64,000 nt of DNA, from assembly GCA_023247035.1 (NCBI GenBank), contig JAHFHG010000003.1, positions 15,081 to 79,080 of the forward strand, written 5' to 3'. Positions within the stretch are counted from its first letter, which is position 1. Every line of letters starts with the position of its first letter. The translations under genes and the position numbers were made by a program. This stretch comes from Candidatus Omnitrophota bacterium. Its GTDB lineage: Bacteria; Omnitrophota; Omnitrophia; Omnitrophales; Aquincolibacteriaceae. Positions 38,195 to 48,186 of the stretch are shown here, piece by piece. The notes beneath the pieces were generated by a model. The model saw only the letters and a list, made by a program, of their open reading frames with translations, was not told where the DNA came from and ran no database searches.

Positions 38195-39262
38195 ATGAAA
38201 GGAAAGATCCGGGTGGGAATCATAGGAGCGGGATTTGGAAGACGAGTCCATCTTCCCGCGTTTCAAAATGACTCGCGGTGCGAGGTGACGGCTCTTTTTA
38301 CCGACCACGAAGAAAAAAGGGACGCTTTTAAAAAGCAGTTGCCTCACTTGCGAATTTTCTCTGACTGGCAGGCATTGGTCCATGACAACGATATTGATCT
38401 TATTTCCGTTGCAGTTCCCCCGCGAGCTCAGCCGGAAATATTGAAAGCCGCTTTGGCAAAAAGGAAGCCTATTTTTTGCGAAAAACCGTTGGCCGCCTCT
38501 TTAGAGCAAGCCAACGAGGTCATCGAATTAGCACGGAAAACTCGAATTCCCGCCATGATCGACTTTGAGATTGCGGAAAACGATAAGTGGCGAACGGCCA
38601 AAAAAATTTTAGAAGAAGGCGGGATTGGAAGGCTCCGTCACGTCTCCGTAAATTGGACCCCTGTGGAAGTTCGCAATGCTGAACACTCTTGGAAAATGGA
38701 CAGAGATCAAGGAGGAGGTGTTCTCCATTCTTTTGTTTCCCATTCGTTTTATTATTTGGAATGGTTTCTCGGCAGGATGAAGAAAATTTCCGGAAAATTT
38801 TTCCATCCAGAAAACAACCCCCAAAATGATACCCTGGCACATTTCTGTTTAGAAACCCAACAAGGCGTGCCTGTCGTCTTATCCGTAAGCACGCATGCTC
38901 CCTTTGGGAAGGGCCATCGTTTGGAATTCTATGGTGATGAAGGCGCTATCTTTCTAGAGAATTCAACGAAGGATCACGTACGAGGGTTTAGCCTCAAGCA
39001 TGGCCATAAGGAAGACGGTCTCAGGGAAATTTTATCAGGGCCGGAACATTTTACGGGACGTAGCGATGAAGACGGTCGGATTTTTGCTGTCAGTCAGTTA
39101 ACGAAAAAACTTGTGGACTGGATACTCAACGGAAAACCTGAGAAGCCATCATTGATGGAAGGGTGGCGTGTGCAATATTTGATTGACCGGGCGCTAGAAT
39201 CGGCCGAATGCGATTCATGGGTATCATGCACTTCTAAGATGATAATCCCTTATGCCAATTAA
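38195..39262 (+). CDS. Gfo/Idh/MocA-family oxidoreductase
   Basis: IRVGIIGAGFGRRVHLPAF...EKP motif; C-terminal alpha/beta domain. Confidence 0.75.
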   Translation: MKGKIRVGIIGAGFGRRVHLPAFQNDSRCEVTALFTDHEEKRDAFKKQLPHLRIFSDWQALVHDNDIDLISVAVPPRAQPEILKAALAKRKPIFCEKPLAASLEQANEVIELARKTRIPAMIDFEIAENDKWRTAKKILEEGGIGRLRHVSVNWTPVEVRNAEHSWKMDRDQGGGVLHSFVSHSFYYLEWFLGRMKKISGKFFHPENNPQNDTLAHFCLETQQGVPVVLSVSTHAPFGKGHRLEFYGDEGAIFLENSTKDHVRGFSLKHGHKEDGLREILSGPEHFTGRSDEDGRIFAVSQLTKKLVDWILNGKPEKPSLMEGWRVQYLIDRALESAECDSWVSCTSKMIIPYAN

Positions 39263-40025
39263 GGACTTGCGCCAAATGAATGAGCTTGACATCGTGATTC
39301 CGGTTTATAACGAGGGGGAGAATATCATTCCCGTACTGGAACAACTGCATAAGGACGTGACTACGAAGTTTACAGTCTTGATCTGTTATGATCACGATCA
39401 CGACACCACGCTCAAGGCATTAGAGTCTTACAAACCGGATTTTGAAATCAAGTATGTTAAAAATGAAAAAACCGGGCCCCATGGTGCGGTGTTATCGGGA
39501 TTCAAGGCGTCAACCGCAGAAGCTATTCTGGTTTTTCCTGCAGATGATACTTATAATACCGAAATCATCGACCCTCTCATGAACCGGTTCAGGGAAGGTT
39601 ATGATCTGGTTGTGCCAAGCCGATTCATGCGCGGAGGCAAGATGGAGGGCTGCCCCGCTCTGAAGAGTTTTCTCGTAAGACTTTCGGCCTTCTCTCTCTA
39701 CCATTTCGCGCGCCTTCCGGTCCACGATCCCACGAATGGTTTCCGTCTTTTTTCAAGAAAGATTATCAATCAGATCGTGATTGAATCCACCTTGGGCTTT
39801 TCCTTTAGTCTGGAGCTTTTAGTGAAGTGCCACCGGCTGCGTTGGAAGATCGCCGAGATTCCGGCTGCTTGGTATGAGCGAAGAAAGGGGAAGAGCCGCT
39901 TTCGAATTGCGAAATGGCTTTTTGAATATCTCCGCTGGTATTTCTACGCATTTGCCACCCACTTCCTCAAAAGAGGGCCTGAGACCGTGCCTTTGCGTCG
40001 TGAGAAAGTGCTGAATTTAAATTAA
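39252..40025 (+). CDS. Glycosyltransferase family 2 (Dpm1/ArnC-like polyprenyl-phosphate sugar transferase)
   Basis: LDIVIPVYNEGENI, DxD-like FPADD, short soluble protein with a C-terminal amphipathic segment. Confidence 0.7.
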   Translation: MPIKDLRQMNELDIVIPVYNEGENIIPVLEQLHKDVTTKFTVLICYDHDHDTTLKALESYKPDFEIKYVKNEKTGPHGAVLSGFKASTAEAILVFPADDTYNTEIIDPLMNRFREGYDLVVPSRFMRGGKMEGCPALKSFLVRLSAFSLYHFARLPVHDPTNGFRLFSRKIINQIVIESTLGFSFSLELLVKCHRLRWKIAEIPAAWYERRKGKSRFRIAKWLFEYLRWYFYAFATHFLKRGPETVPLRREKVLNLN

Positions 40026-40027
40026 AT

Positions 40028-41032
40028 ATGGCTAAATCCTACTTGGTAACAGGCGGTGCCGGGTTTATCGGAGCAGTTTTTGTAAAACGGCTTCTTCGGG
40101 AAGGCAATACCGTCAGAGTTTTAGATAACTATTCGCGGGCTTCATCAACGCGACTAGCGGATATTCAGCATGAATGCGAAATTACTGCGGGGGATATTCG
40201 TAATCCATCGACGGTCATGGAGTGTGTAAAAGGCGTTGATTGTGTATGCCATCTGGCAGCGATCAATGGCACAGAAAATTTTTATACGAAACCGAATGAA
40301 GTTTTGGATGTGGGAGTAAGGGGGATCCTGAATGTCATCGAAGCCTGTTTAAAACAAGGGGTCAAAGAATTAATGGTTGCCTCCACCTCAGAAGTTTATC
40401 AAACACCCAGTTTCATTCCCACGGATGAGAAAGTCCCGCTGACCATCCCCGATCCCTTCAACCCCCGTTACTCCTATGCGGCGAGCAAGATGATTAGCGA
40501 AATAATCGCGATTAATTGCGGCCGCGAATATTTTGACCGGGTGATCATTTTCCGGCCTCACAATGTTTATGGTCCCGATATGGGATGGGAACATGTTATT
40601 CCCCAGTTTGCGGTTCGCCTGAAAAAGTTAGCTGAAAATGTGGCGGGAACTGTCCGCTTTCCGGTTTTGGGATCCGGCCGAGAAACCCGGGCTTTTGTTT
40701 TTATCGAGGATTTTATTGAGGGGTTAATGCTTCTTGCGAAACATGGCAAAAAAGGTGTAGAAATATACAATATCGGTACCACCGAAGAAGTAGCCATAGA
40801 GCAGCTCGCAAATAGGGCCGGGAAATTTTTCGGAAAAAAGATTGTAATCGTACCCGGGAAAACCCCGGAGGGTTCGACTCTCCGGCGGTGTCCGGACATT
40901 TCCAAAATTTCAGCATTGGGTTATAAACCGAAATATTTGCTCGAAAAAGGATTGCCTCTCACCTTAAGCTGGTATGAGGAGCATATGTCTGAAGCCCCTG
41001 GGGTCTTAACGGGCAGTCGTGGATCACGATGA
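40028..41032 (+). CDS. NAD-dependent epimerase/dehydratase (extended SDR)
   Basis: YLVTGGAGFIGAVFVKRLL; catalytic YAASK. Confidence 0.8.
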   Translation: MAKSYLVTGGAGFIGAVFVKRLLREGNTVRVLDNYSRASSTRLADIQHECEITAGDIRNPSTVMECVKGVDCVCHLAAINGTENFYTKPNEVLDVGVRGILNVIEACLKQGVKELMVASTSEVYQTPSFIPTDEKVPLTIPDPFNPRYSYAASKMISEIIAINCGREYFDRVIIFRPHNVYGPDMGWEHVIPQFAVRLKKLAENVAGTVRFPVLGSGRETRAFVFIEDFIEGLMLLAKHGKKGVEIYNIGTTEEVAIEQLANRAGKFFGKKIVIVPGKTPEGSTLRRCPDISKISALGYKPKYLLEKGLPLTLSWYEEHMSEAPGVLTGSRGSR

Positions 41033-42291
41033 AGAGTGATATTCCTTTCACATTCGGAACCGGGACAAGCATCATTGTTAAACGATGCCAAATTTGCGAT
41101 TCGCCTGATTTGGAGTCTATTCTCTTTTTGGGTTATTTACCTCCGGTGAATAGGATGCATTTTATCGGCGAACGGCCGCAAGAGGAGACAACGTATCCTG
41201 CCGAATTGCTTTATTGCCATCACTGCCGCCTGGTGCAATTAGGTTTGATCGTTGATGCTAAAGTGTTATTCCCATTTTCCTATCCTTACACAAGCAGCAC
41301 AACCAAAATTCTTCGGGAGAACTTTGCAGAACTGTATGAAGAGGCCAAGTCCTTGATTCCTCTCGGGCCCAACGATCTTATTGTTGACATCGGATCCAAT
41401 GACGGCAATTTATTAAGCAATTTCCGAGATCGCCATAGGGTCTTGGGCGTTACTCCGGAGGAGATAGGAAAAATTGCTATCGAGCGCGGGATTCCAACCC
41501 TCCTGGATTATTTGAGCGATAGGGTCGTCGACCAGATTCTTCGAGAGGATGGGCAAGCAAAACTGGTGACTGCTACGAATGTTTTTGCTCACATCGAGAA
41601 CATCAATGATGCCACAGAACTCATTTTAAGACTTTTATCCCCGGAGGGGGTTTTTATCTCCGAATCCCATTATCTAAAAGCGCTCATTGAGACCTTGCAG
41701 TATGACGCCATTTATCATGAGCATCTGCGTTATTACTCCTTGCATAGTTTAGTCTATTTATTCGAACAGCGCGGCTTGGAAGTTTTTCACGCAAAGCCCA
41801 TTCCAACTCATGGCGGCTCTATCCGTGTTTATGCGTCCCGAAAGGGTGTTTATCCTGTGCAAGATACCGTGGCAAAGCTGCTGAACGATGAAGAAAATTT
41901 TTTTATGAACCAGAACGGTTTTCATAAATTCCGCAAACGCGTCATCGAGTCCAAGTTTAAACTATTGACAATCTTGCAGGCCATCAAGTCAAAAGGTCAG
42001 AGTATTTATGGGATCAGCGCACCTTCGCGGGCCAGCACCCTCATTCATTATGTGGGCATCGATGACGGGATTCTCGACGGTGTGTGTGAAATAAAAGGCT
42101 CACATAAGATAGGAAAGTATGTTCCAGGAACCCTCATCCCTATTTTCGATGAAGAAAGATTGTTTACAGAATCGCCTGATTTTGCGCTTTTGCTGTCATG
42201 GCATATCGCGGATGAACTCATCCCTAAATTGACCGGAAAAGGATTCAAGGGAAGATTTATCGTCCCTTTACCGGAACCCAGAGTTGTTTGA
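41029..42291 (+). CDS. Zn-ribbon-containing class I SAM-dependent methyltransferase (TylCIII-like NDP-hexose C-methyltransferase family)
   Basis: N-terminal CxxC...CHHC ribbon (CQICDSP...CHHCRLVQ); MTase motif I IVDIGSNDGNLL; C-terminal C-methyltransferase-type domain. Confidence 0.6.
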   Translation: MKSDIPFTFGTGTSIIVKRCQICDSPDLESILFLGYLPPVNRMHFIGERPQEETTYPAELLYCHHCRLVQLGLIVDAKVLFPFSYPYTSSTTKILRENFAELYEEAKSLIPLGPNDLIVDIGSNDGNLLSNFRDRHRVLGVTPEEIGKIAIERGIPTLLDYLSDRVVDQILREDGQAKLVTATNVFAHIENINDATELILRLLSPEGVFISESHYLKALIETLQYDAIYHEHLRYYSLHSLVYLFEQRGLEVFHAKPIPTHGGSIRVYASRKGVYPVQDTVAKLLNDEENFFMNQNGFHKFRKRVIESKFKLLTILQAIKSKGQSIYGISAPSRASTLIHYVGIDDGILDGVCEIKGSHKIGKYVPGTLIPIFDEERLFTESPDFALLLSWHIADELIPKLTGKGFKGRFIVPLPEPRVV

Positions 42292-42387
42292 GCCGACTTA
42301 AATACAAGCTGATTCTGCATTCGATATGAAAACTAAGCAGCCGTCAAGATTGGTTAAAACTTATAATTTTTTCATCTCATCCTCCCT

Positions 42388-43395
42388 ATGAAAATTCTCA
42401 TCACAGGCGGAGGAGGATTTATCGGCAGCAGCCTTGCCTTAGCCCTTGGTTCGACGCACGATATCATTGCTCTGGATCATGGGCGCTGGTATTCTCTGCT
42501 TGAGCGGCGAATGCCTCCTTGCGTCTCGCTCGTGCGCGGCGATGTGAGCGACGCCGCTTTGCTGGATACGTTGCTGCCTGGCGTCAATATTATTGTTCAC
42601 CTTGCGGGAGTGGTCGGAGAAAGCAGGTGCAAGAACGATCCCGTGAAGGCTGTGATGTCGAACGTTTTGGGCACGCATATTCTTTTAGAACGCGCCCGCC
42701 GCCACGGCATCAAATTGTTTCTTTTTGGTTCGTCCTACTGGGTTTATTCCTTTTATGATGATCGTCCGATGCCGCTCACGGAATCAGACGAACTCCGAAC
42801 GGACAGTTTTTACGGTGCCCTGAAGGCCAGCTCGGAACGCGAGATTCAAGATTCTGCTCTCCCTTATATTATTGTCCGGCTTGCCAATGTGTACGGTTAC
42901 GGAACCGGAGTCGGCTCGTTGTGGCGGGCTCTTGTTGGAAAATTTATCCGCTCAGCCTTTGAAGGCAAACCTTTGACGCTCTACGGCGAGGGCAGCCAGG
43001 GGCTTGAGTTGGTGCATATCGAGGACGTGGTGAATGCACTGCGAGCGCTGATCGAATCAAAGACGGTTCGCAATGAAATCGTGAACATCGGGAGCGGCGG
43101 GGTTCATTCTATTCGTGACATTGCCCATACCGTCCAGCGTCTGGCGGTAACCCATTTGGGCAGCGCGGCGATCGTGCTGCCCGTACCAGCCCCGCCTGGA
43201 AAAATTTGGCCTGACCGCTGGCTTTCCATTGAAAAAATAAAGCAAATTGTCCCCTCATTTCCCCGGGTACCCTTTGAAGATGGGGTTCTGGAGGTCTTGA
43301 AAAAATATCAGGAGTTTCGGCCGGACAGTTGGAATCAGTTAGACCGCAGTGAGGCCGGTGAATTTACTGCGCCTAAACTTTCAGTTAAGGATTAA
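42388..43395 (+). CDS. NAD-dependent epimerase/dehydratase (extended SDR)
   Basis: ILITGGGGFIGSSLALAL; YGALK catalytic motif. Confidence 0.8.
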   Translation: MKILITGGGGFIGSSLALALGSTHDIIALDHGRWYSLLERRMPPCVSLVRGDVSDAALLDTLLPGVNIIVHLAGVVGESRCKNDPVKAVMSNVLGTHILLERARRHGIKLFLFGSSYWVYSFYDDRPMPLTESDELRTDSFYGALKASSEREIQDSALPYIIVRLANVYGYGTGVGSLWRALVGKFIRSAFEGKPLTLYGEGSQGLELVHIEDVVNALRALIESKTVRNEIVNIGSGGVHSIRDIAHTVQRLAVTHLGSAAIVLPVPAPPGKIWPDRWLSIEKIKQIVPSFPRVPFEDGVLEVLKKYQEFRPDSWNQLDRSEAGEFTAPKLSVKD

Positions 43396-43415
43396 GATAA
43401 GGAGGAACTTCGAAA

Positions 43416-44489
43416 ATGCTTGTTACTCTTGCACAAATCGGCTGCGGTTATTGGGGTCCCAATCTTTTAAGGGCTTTTTCAGCTCAAAGTAATTGCCGTG
43501 TTAAATGGGTTGCGGAGCTCAATCAGGAACGCCGCCGTTACGTCGAAGCCAACTACTCAAAGACAAAAACAACGGAGGATTGGGAACGGATTTTATCGGA
43601 TCCGGAAGTCCAAGCCGTTGTGATTGCGACGCCGGCTGCAACTCATTACGAACTTGCCAAGGCTGGGCTCGAGGCCGGCAAACACGTGTTTGTGGAAAAA
43701 CCTTTGGCGATGAACACGCAGGAAGCGGATGAATTGGCGCTCTTGGCCTCTGCAAAAGGCAAGACACTTATGGTGGGCCATACGTTTCTTTATAATCCCG
43801 CCGTGCGCTATATCAAACGAATTATGGACACCGAGGAACTCGGACAGATTTATTACCTTTACAGCCAAAGGTTGAATCTCGGGCAGGTCCGCTCCGATGT
43901 GAATGTTTGGTGGAATTTGGCGCCTCATGATATCAGTATTTTTCTTTACCTGATGAATGGAAGCCTTCCCGCTTCCATATTAGTGCACGGCCAGGGTTAT
44001 ATTCAAAATGGAATCGAAGACGTGGTTTTTGCTACGCTCTCCTGGGCCAATGGAATTATGGCGCATTTGCAGTTGAGCTGGCTAGATCCCAGCAAAGTTC
44101 GCAAGATCACCATTGTAGGCAGCCGCAAAATGATTGTTTATGACGATCTGCATGAAGATAAAATAAAAATTTTGGATAAAGGGATTGACCGTGTTCCAAA
44201 AGCAGGTGAAAGCATGGATTTCGATCATTTCAGCAATTATCAACTTCGCCCCCGGGTAGGGGGCATCTTAATGCCTCGGATTGAGAACGAGGAGCCTTTA
44301 AAACTGGAAGCCGCTCATTTTCTTGAATGCGTTAAGACAGGGATACCCTCTCTAACCGGGCCGGAGCACGCCAGGGCTGTTGTCGCTGTTCTCGAGGCGG
44401 GAGAAAAAGCGCTCCAGCAAAAAGGCGCTGTTTCGTTAATCGCCTCAGAGCTTGTGAAGGTTCATTCCCATAAAGACCTTATCCTATGA
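43416..44489 (+). CDS. Gfo/Idh/MocA-family oxidoreductase (WbpB-like; paralog of the N-terminal half of 19286..20911)
   Basis: Colinear with the fusion's N-terminal domain (HTFLYNPAV..IKRIMD..LGQIYYLYSQRLNLGQVR...NVWWNLAPHDISI versus [33 protein letters not shown]...[13 protein letters not shown]). Confidence 0.8.
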   Translation: MLVTLAQIGCGYWGPNLLRAFSAQSNCRVKWVAELNQERRRYVEANYSKTKTTEDWERILSDPEVQAVVIATPAATHYELAKAGLEAGKHVFVEKPLAMNTQEADELALLASAKGKTLMVGHTFLYNPAVRYIKRIMDTEELGQIYYLYSQRLNLGQVRSDVNVWWNLAPHDISIFLYLMNGSLPASILVHGQGYIQNGIEDVVFATLSWANGIMAHLQLSWLDPSKVRKITIVGSRKMIVYDDLHEDKIKILDKGIDRVPKAGESMDFDHFSNYQLRPRVGGILMPRIENEEPLKLEAAHFLECVKTGIPSLTGPEHARAVVAVLEAGEKALQQKGAVSLIASELVKVHSHKDLIL

Positions 44490-45589
44490 AACGTATCGCC
44501 GTCGTCGGAGCCGGAGGAAGTCCGGCCATCGGGTTCGAGCGCTCCTTGAGGGCTGCCCCCGAGCCGTTTGCATTGATTGGTTTTGATATCGACCCGTACG
44601 CGCTTCAAAGGGCCGAAACAGATCAGAGGTTTTTGACGCCTCGTCCCAAAGATCCTGATTACTTGCAGGTTATCTCAGGTCTCCTTGAAGAAACGGGGGC
44701 CGATTTATTGCACGTTCAAGTCTCTGCTGAAATGATCGCGATTTCGGGTTTACGGGAACGCCTGCCTTGCAAAACATTCCTGCCGCGTCATGAAACCGTT
44801 CTCATTTGTGAAGACAAGTATAGGTCCTACCTTCGGTGGCAGGAGCAAGGGCTCAAAGTTCCATGGACATTGCTTTTGAGGAACTCTGAAGATCTTCAAA
44901 ATGCGTTTAAAAATTTTGGACCGCGCCTTTGGCTACGTTTTACAAACGGTTCAGCGGGCCGTGGATCTTTTGCGACGAGCAATTTTGAAGAGGCCAAGTG
45001 GTGGATTGATTACTCCAAAGGCTGGGAAAAGTTTACCGCAAGTGAATGTTTGGAACGTGAAACCGTGACGTGGCAATCCATCTGGAAAGAAGGGGAATTG
45101 ATAGTCGCTCAGGGCCGTAAGCGTCTTTTTTGGGAATTCGGAAGCCGCGCCCCTTCCGGAGTGACCGGAATCACAGGCGCTGGTGTGACGTGCAGCGACC
45201 CGCAGGTGGATGAAATCTCGATGCGGGCGATTTTGAGCATTGACCCAAAACCCCAGGGCATCTTTGGCGTCGACCTTACTTACGATCGAAACGGAATACC
45301 CAACCCAACGGAAATTAATATCGGCCGTTTTTTCACAACCCATCAATTTTTTACCGTAGCAGGTTTAAATATGCCTTATATCTTTGTTCAGTGCGCTTTA
45401 AATGGCCCCTTACCTAAGTTTCTCCGGAAAGTTAATCCTCTGCCTCCCGGTTTGGTCTGGATCCGAGGGATGGATACTCAACCCATTTTGACAACAGTCG
45501 AAAAAATCAACGAAACGCTCGAGGAACTAAACGGCCGTCGTCAAAGGAAATTAACGAGTAACTTTTCTGAAAAAGAGGGCGCGAAGTGA
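44486..45589 (+). CDS. ATP-grasp-fold protein (candidate amide ligase)
   Basis: 367 aa; N-terminal Rossmann-like IAVVGAGGSPAIGF, central WLRFTNGSAGRGSF, C-terminal FGVDLTYDRNGIPNPTEINIGRF; overall ATP-grasp-like topology. Confidence 0.45.
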   Translation: MKRIAVVGAGGSPAIGFERSLRAAPEPFALIGFDIDPYALQRAETDQRFLTPRPKDPDYLQVISGLLEETGADLLHVQVSAEMIAISGLRERLPCKTFLPRHETVLICEDKYRSYLRWQEQGLKVPWTLLLRNSEDLQNAFKNFGPRLWLRFTNGSAGRGSFATSNFEEAKWWIDYSKGWEKFTASECLERETVTWQSIWKEGELIVAQGRKRLFWEFGSRAPSGVTGITGAGVTCSDPQVDEISMRAILSIDPKPQGIFGVDLTYDRNGIPNPTEINIGRFFTTHQFFTVAGLNMPYIFVQCALNGPLPKFLRKVNPLPPGLVWIRGMDTQPILTTVEKINETLEELNGRRQRKLTSNFSEKEGAK

Positions 45590-46704
45590 TCCCACTCGTT
45601 GATTTAAAAGCCCAATATGAATCCCTGCGAGAAGAAATCAATGCGGGCATCCAGTCGGTACTTGATAAGAGCGCCTTCGTTCTCGGAGAAGAAGTGCAAA
45701 AATTCGAGAAGGATTTTGCAGCTTACTGCAGTGGGAAGGTTTGTGTGGGGGTCGGGAATGGTACGGATGCCCTCTATCTTACATTAAAAGCCCTGGGAAT
45801 CGGGCCCGGGGATGAGGTCATCACGGTTTCCCACACTTTTATCGCCACCGCTGAAGCCATTTCGCTTACCGGGGCTCAACCTGTGTTTGTGGATATCCGG
45901 GAAGATACAATGCTGATGAATGCGGACCTTGTTGAAGCTGCTATTACAAAAAAAAGCCGGGCGATTCTTCCTGTCCATCTTTACGGACAGCCGTGTGATA
46001 TGAAATCCCTCTCAGCAATTGCGAAACGTTATAATCTTTGGGTGATTCAAGATGCAGCCCAAGCCCATGGCGCGTTTTGGCAGGGCCAGCCGATTGCCTT
46101 GTTGGGAGATGCAACGTGCTTTAGTTTTTACCCCGGGAAAAATCTGGGCGCTTATGGTGACGGAGGGGCGGTAGTCAGTCAGAATGAAGAATTGATTTCT
46201 AAAATCCGTAAGCTCGCAAATCATGGCCGCGTCACAAAGTATTCTCACGAGCTCGTAGGAGTGAATAGCCGTTTGGATAGCCTGCAAGCGGCTGTTCTGC
46301 GTATTAAATTGCGATATTTAAATCAATGGAATGAAGCCCGCTGCCGGCTTGCGGCCTCTTATCTTGACGCCTTAAAGGAAACGAAGGAAATTTTTTTGCC
46401 TTCTGTTCATAAAGAGGCTTCAAGTGTTTGGCATCTTTTTGTTGTTCGTATCCCAAAACGCGAGGATATAAGAAACCTCATGAAAGAACACAAGATTGAA
46501 ACCGGGATTCATTATCCGGTTCCGGTTCATCAGCAGCCGGCCTATCAGGGGCTCCGGATTCCCAAGGGCAGTCTCCCGGTAACGGAAAAAGCAGCCGCAG
46601 AAGTTCTCAGCTTACCTTTATATCCTGAATTGCTCAAAGAGAACCTTGAAATTGTGGCTCAAACTCTTAAAGAAGTGCTTGAGAGGCTTTTCTCATGGAA
46701 ATAG
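45586..46704 (+). CDS. DegT/DnrJ/EryC1/StrS-family sugar aminotransferase (second copy)
   Basis: GTDAL...VITVSHTF...PVHLYGQ...DAAQAHGA...FSFYPGKNLGAYGDGG. Confidence 0.85.
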   Translation: MIPLVDLKAQYESLREEINAGIQSVLDKSAFVLGEEVQKFEKDFAAYCSGKVCVGVGNGTDALYLTLKALGIGPGDEVITVSHTFIATAEAISLTGAQPVFVDIREDTMLMNADLVEAAITKKSRAILPVHLYGQPCDMKSLSAIAKRYNLWVIQDAAQAHGAFWQGQPIALLGDATCFSFYPGKNLGAYGDGGAVVSQNEELISKIRKLANHGRVTKYSHELVGVNSRLDSLQAAVLRIKLRYLNQWNEARCRLAASYLDALKETKEIFLPSVHKEASSVWHLFVVRIPKREDIRNLMKEHKIETGIHYPVPVHQQPAYQGLRIPKGSLPVTEKAAAEVLSLPLYPELLKENLEIVAQTLKEVLERLFSWK

Positions 46705-48071
46705 GGTTTGAAAGCATCGGCAATGCGACACTGATTTGTTACGACAAAAAGCCGGTTCTCGTCACAGATCCCTGGCTTACGGGCGGCGCCTACTTTGAAA
46801 GCTGGACGTTGTCCCATGAAATACCCGAAGAACAGATGAAAGCAATTCTATCCAGCGAGTATGTGTGGCTATCTCACGGTCATCCGGATCATCTCAGTTC
46901 TGCCTCCTTGAAACTTCTGAAAGGCAAAAGGATTTTATTGCCGGACCACGTCGGCTCCAGAATCTACGGCGAAATGGAGACGCAAGGGTATGATGTCCAC
47001 CGCCTCAAAGACCGGCAATGGATTAAACTGTCCGACCGAATCCGAATTTTAACAATCGCAGATTACTATCAGGATGCCATCATCCTGATTGATATTAATG
47101 GACGTTTGATTGTGAATACAAACGACGCAGGAGAACTCGGCTGGGGTCCTTTTGTAAGAAAAACGATTAAAAAATACGACATCTCATTTCTTTTGTCTTT
47201 GTCGGGTTTTGGCGACGCGGATATGCTCAACTATTTTGACGAAAGAGGAGAAAGGATCATGCCCATAGGCGCGAAAAGGATTCCATTCGGAAAGACCGTG
47301 GCCCTTTTTGCAGAGGGTTTTGGGGTTAAATATTTTTTGCCGTTCAGTTCCATGCATCAATACCGGAGATCGGATAGCCTTTGGGCCAATCGGTGTGTGA
47401 CCGCACTCTCCGATTATGAGGTTGGATTCGAATCCAAATCCTGTAAAATTTTGCCGGCGTTTATCCGTTACGACTGCCTCAAGGACCAATACCAATGCCT
47501 TAATCCGGCCATGAATCCCATTAAAGTTTTGCCTCCGGAGGAAATCGGTGACTCCTGGGATGATCCGCTTGAGCCGGGAGATTTTGAATTAGTCAAAAAC
47601 TACTTTAAAGCCGTCTCTCATCTTGAGCGGACTCTTGATTTTATTAATGTCCGTGTTGCAGGCAAAGATCACCGGATTGAATTTAACCGTCATAGGTTTG
47701 ACCGGGGAATCACATTCGAAACTCCAAGGAAATCGCTGATGCTGGCTGTCACACATCAAATATTTGATGATTTACTTATCGGAAACTTTATGAAGACGAC
47801 CCTGCATGGAACATGGCGTACGAAGAGCATTTATCCTTATTTTAGTCCCTATGTTCCCAAGTATGCTGATAATGGCAGGGCGAGGACGCGTGAGGAGCTT
47901 GCCGCTTATTTTAAGGAATATCGCAAGCGTGCGTTTCTCGATTACTTCCGCCATAAGATCGAAGAGGGCTCCACCAACATCCTTCGCCCTTTATTTTCTC
48001 GAGATTCTAAAGCCTTTCATGTTGGAAGGATTGTTTACTACAAATATAAACGACTTACCAGCGCTTTATAA
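46695..48071 (+). CDS. MBL-fold metallo-hydrolase domain protein with an uncharacterised C-terminal domain
   Basis: N-terminal ...VWLSHGHPDHL (HxHxDH) and a later DAIILIDINGRLIVNTNDAG; C-terminal 250 aa unknown. Confidence 0.5.
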   Translation: MEIGFESIGNATLICYDKKPVLVTDPWLTGGAYFESWTLSHEIPEEQMKAILSSEYVWLSHGHPDHLSSASLKLLKGKRILLPDHVGSRIYGEMETQGYDVHRLKDRQWIKLSDRIRILTIADYYQDAIILIDINGRLIVNTNDAGELGWGPFVRKTIKKYDISFLLSLSGFGDADMLNYFDERGERIMPIGAKRIPFGKTVALFAEGFGVKYFLPFSSMHQYRRSDSLWANRCVTALSDYEVGFESKSCKILPAFIRYDCLKDQYQCLNPAMNPIKVLPPEEIGDSWDDPLEPGDFELVKNYFKAVSHLERTLDFINVRVAGKDHRIEFNRHRFDRGITFETPRKSLMLAVTHQIFDDLLIGNFMKTTLHGTWRTKSIYPYFSPYVPKYADNGRARTREELAAYFKEYRKRAFLDYFRHKIEEGSTNILRPLFSRDSKAFHVGRIVYYKYKRLTSAL

Positions 48072-48186
48072 AAGAAACTTTTGTATCAAGACCCTGAAAT
48101 TGTATTGCAGAAATTTTGTTTTAACTATATATTAAGGCAGCCGATACTAATTTTAGCCTCATTAGCCTCACATCAAAGGAGTCGGG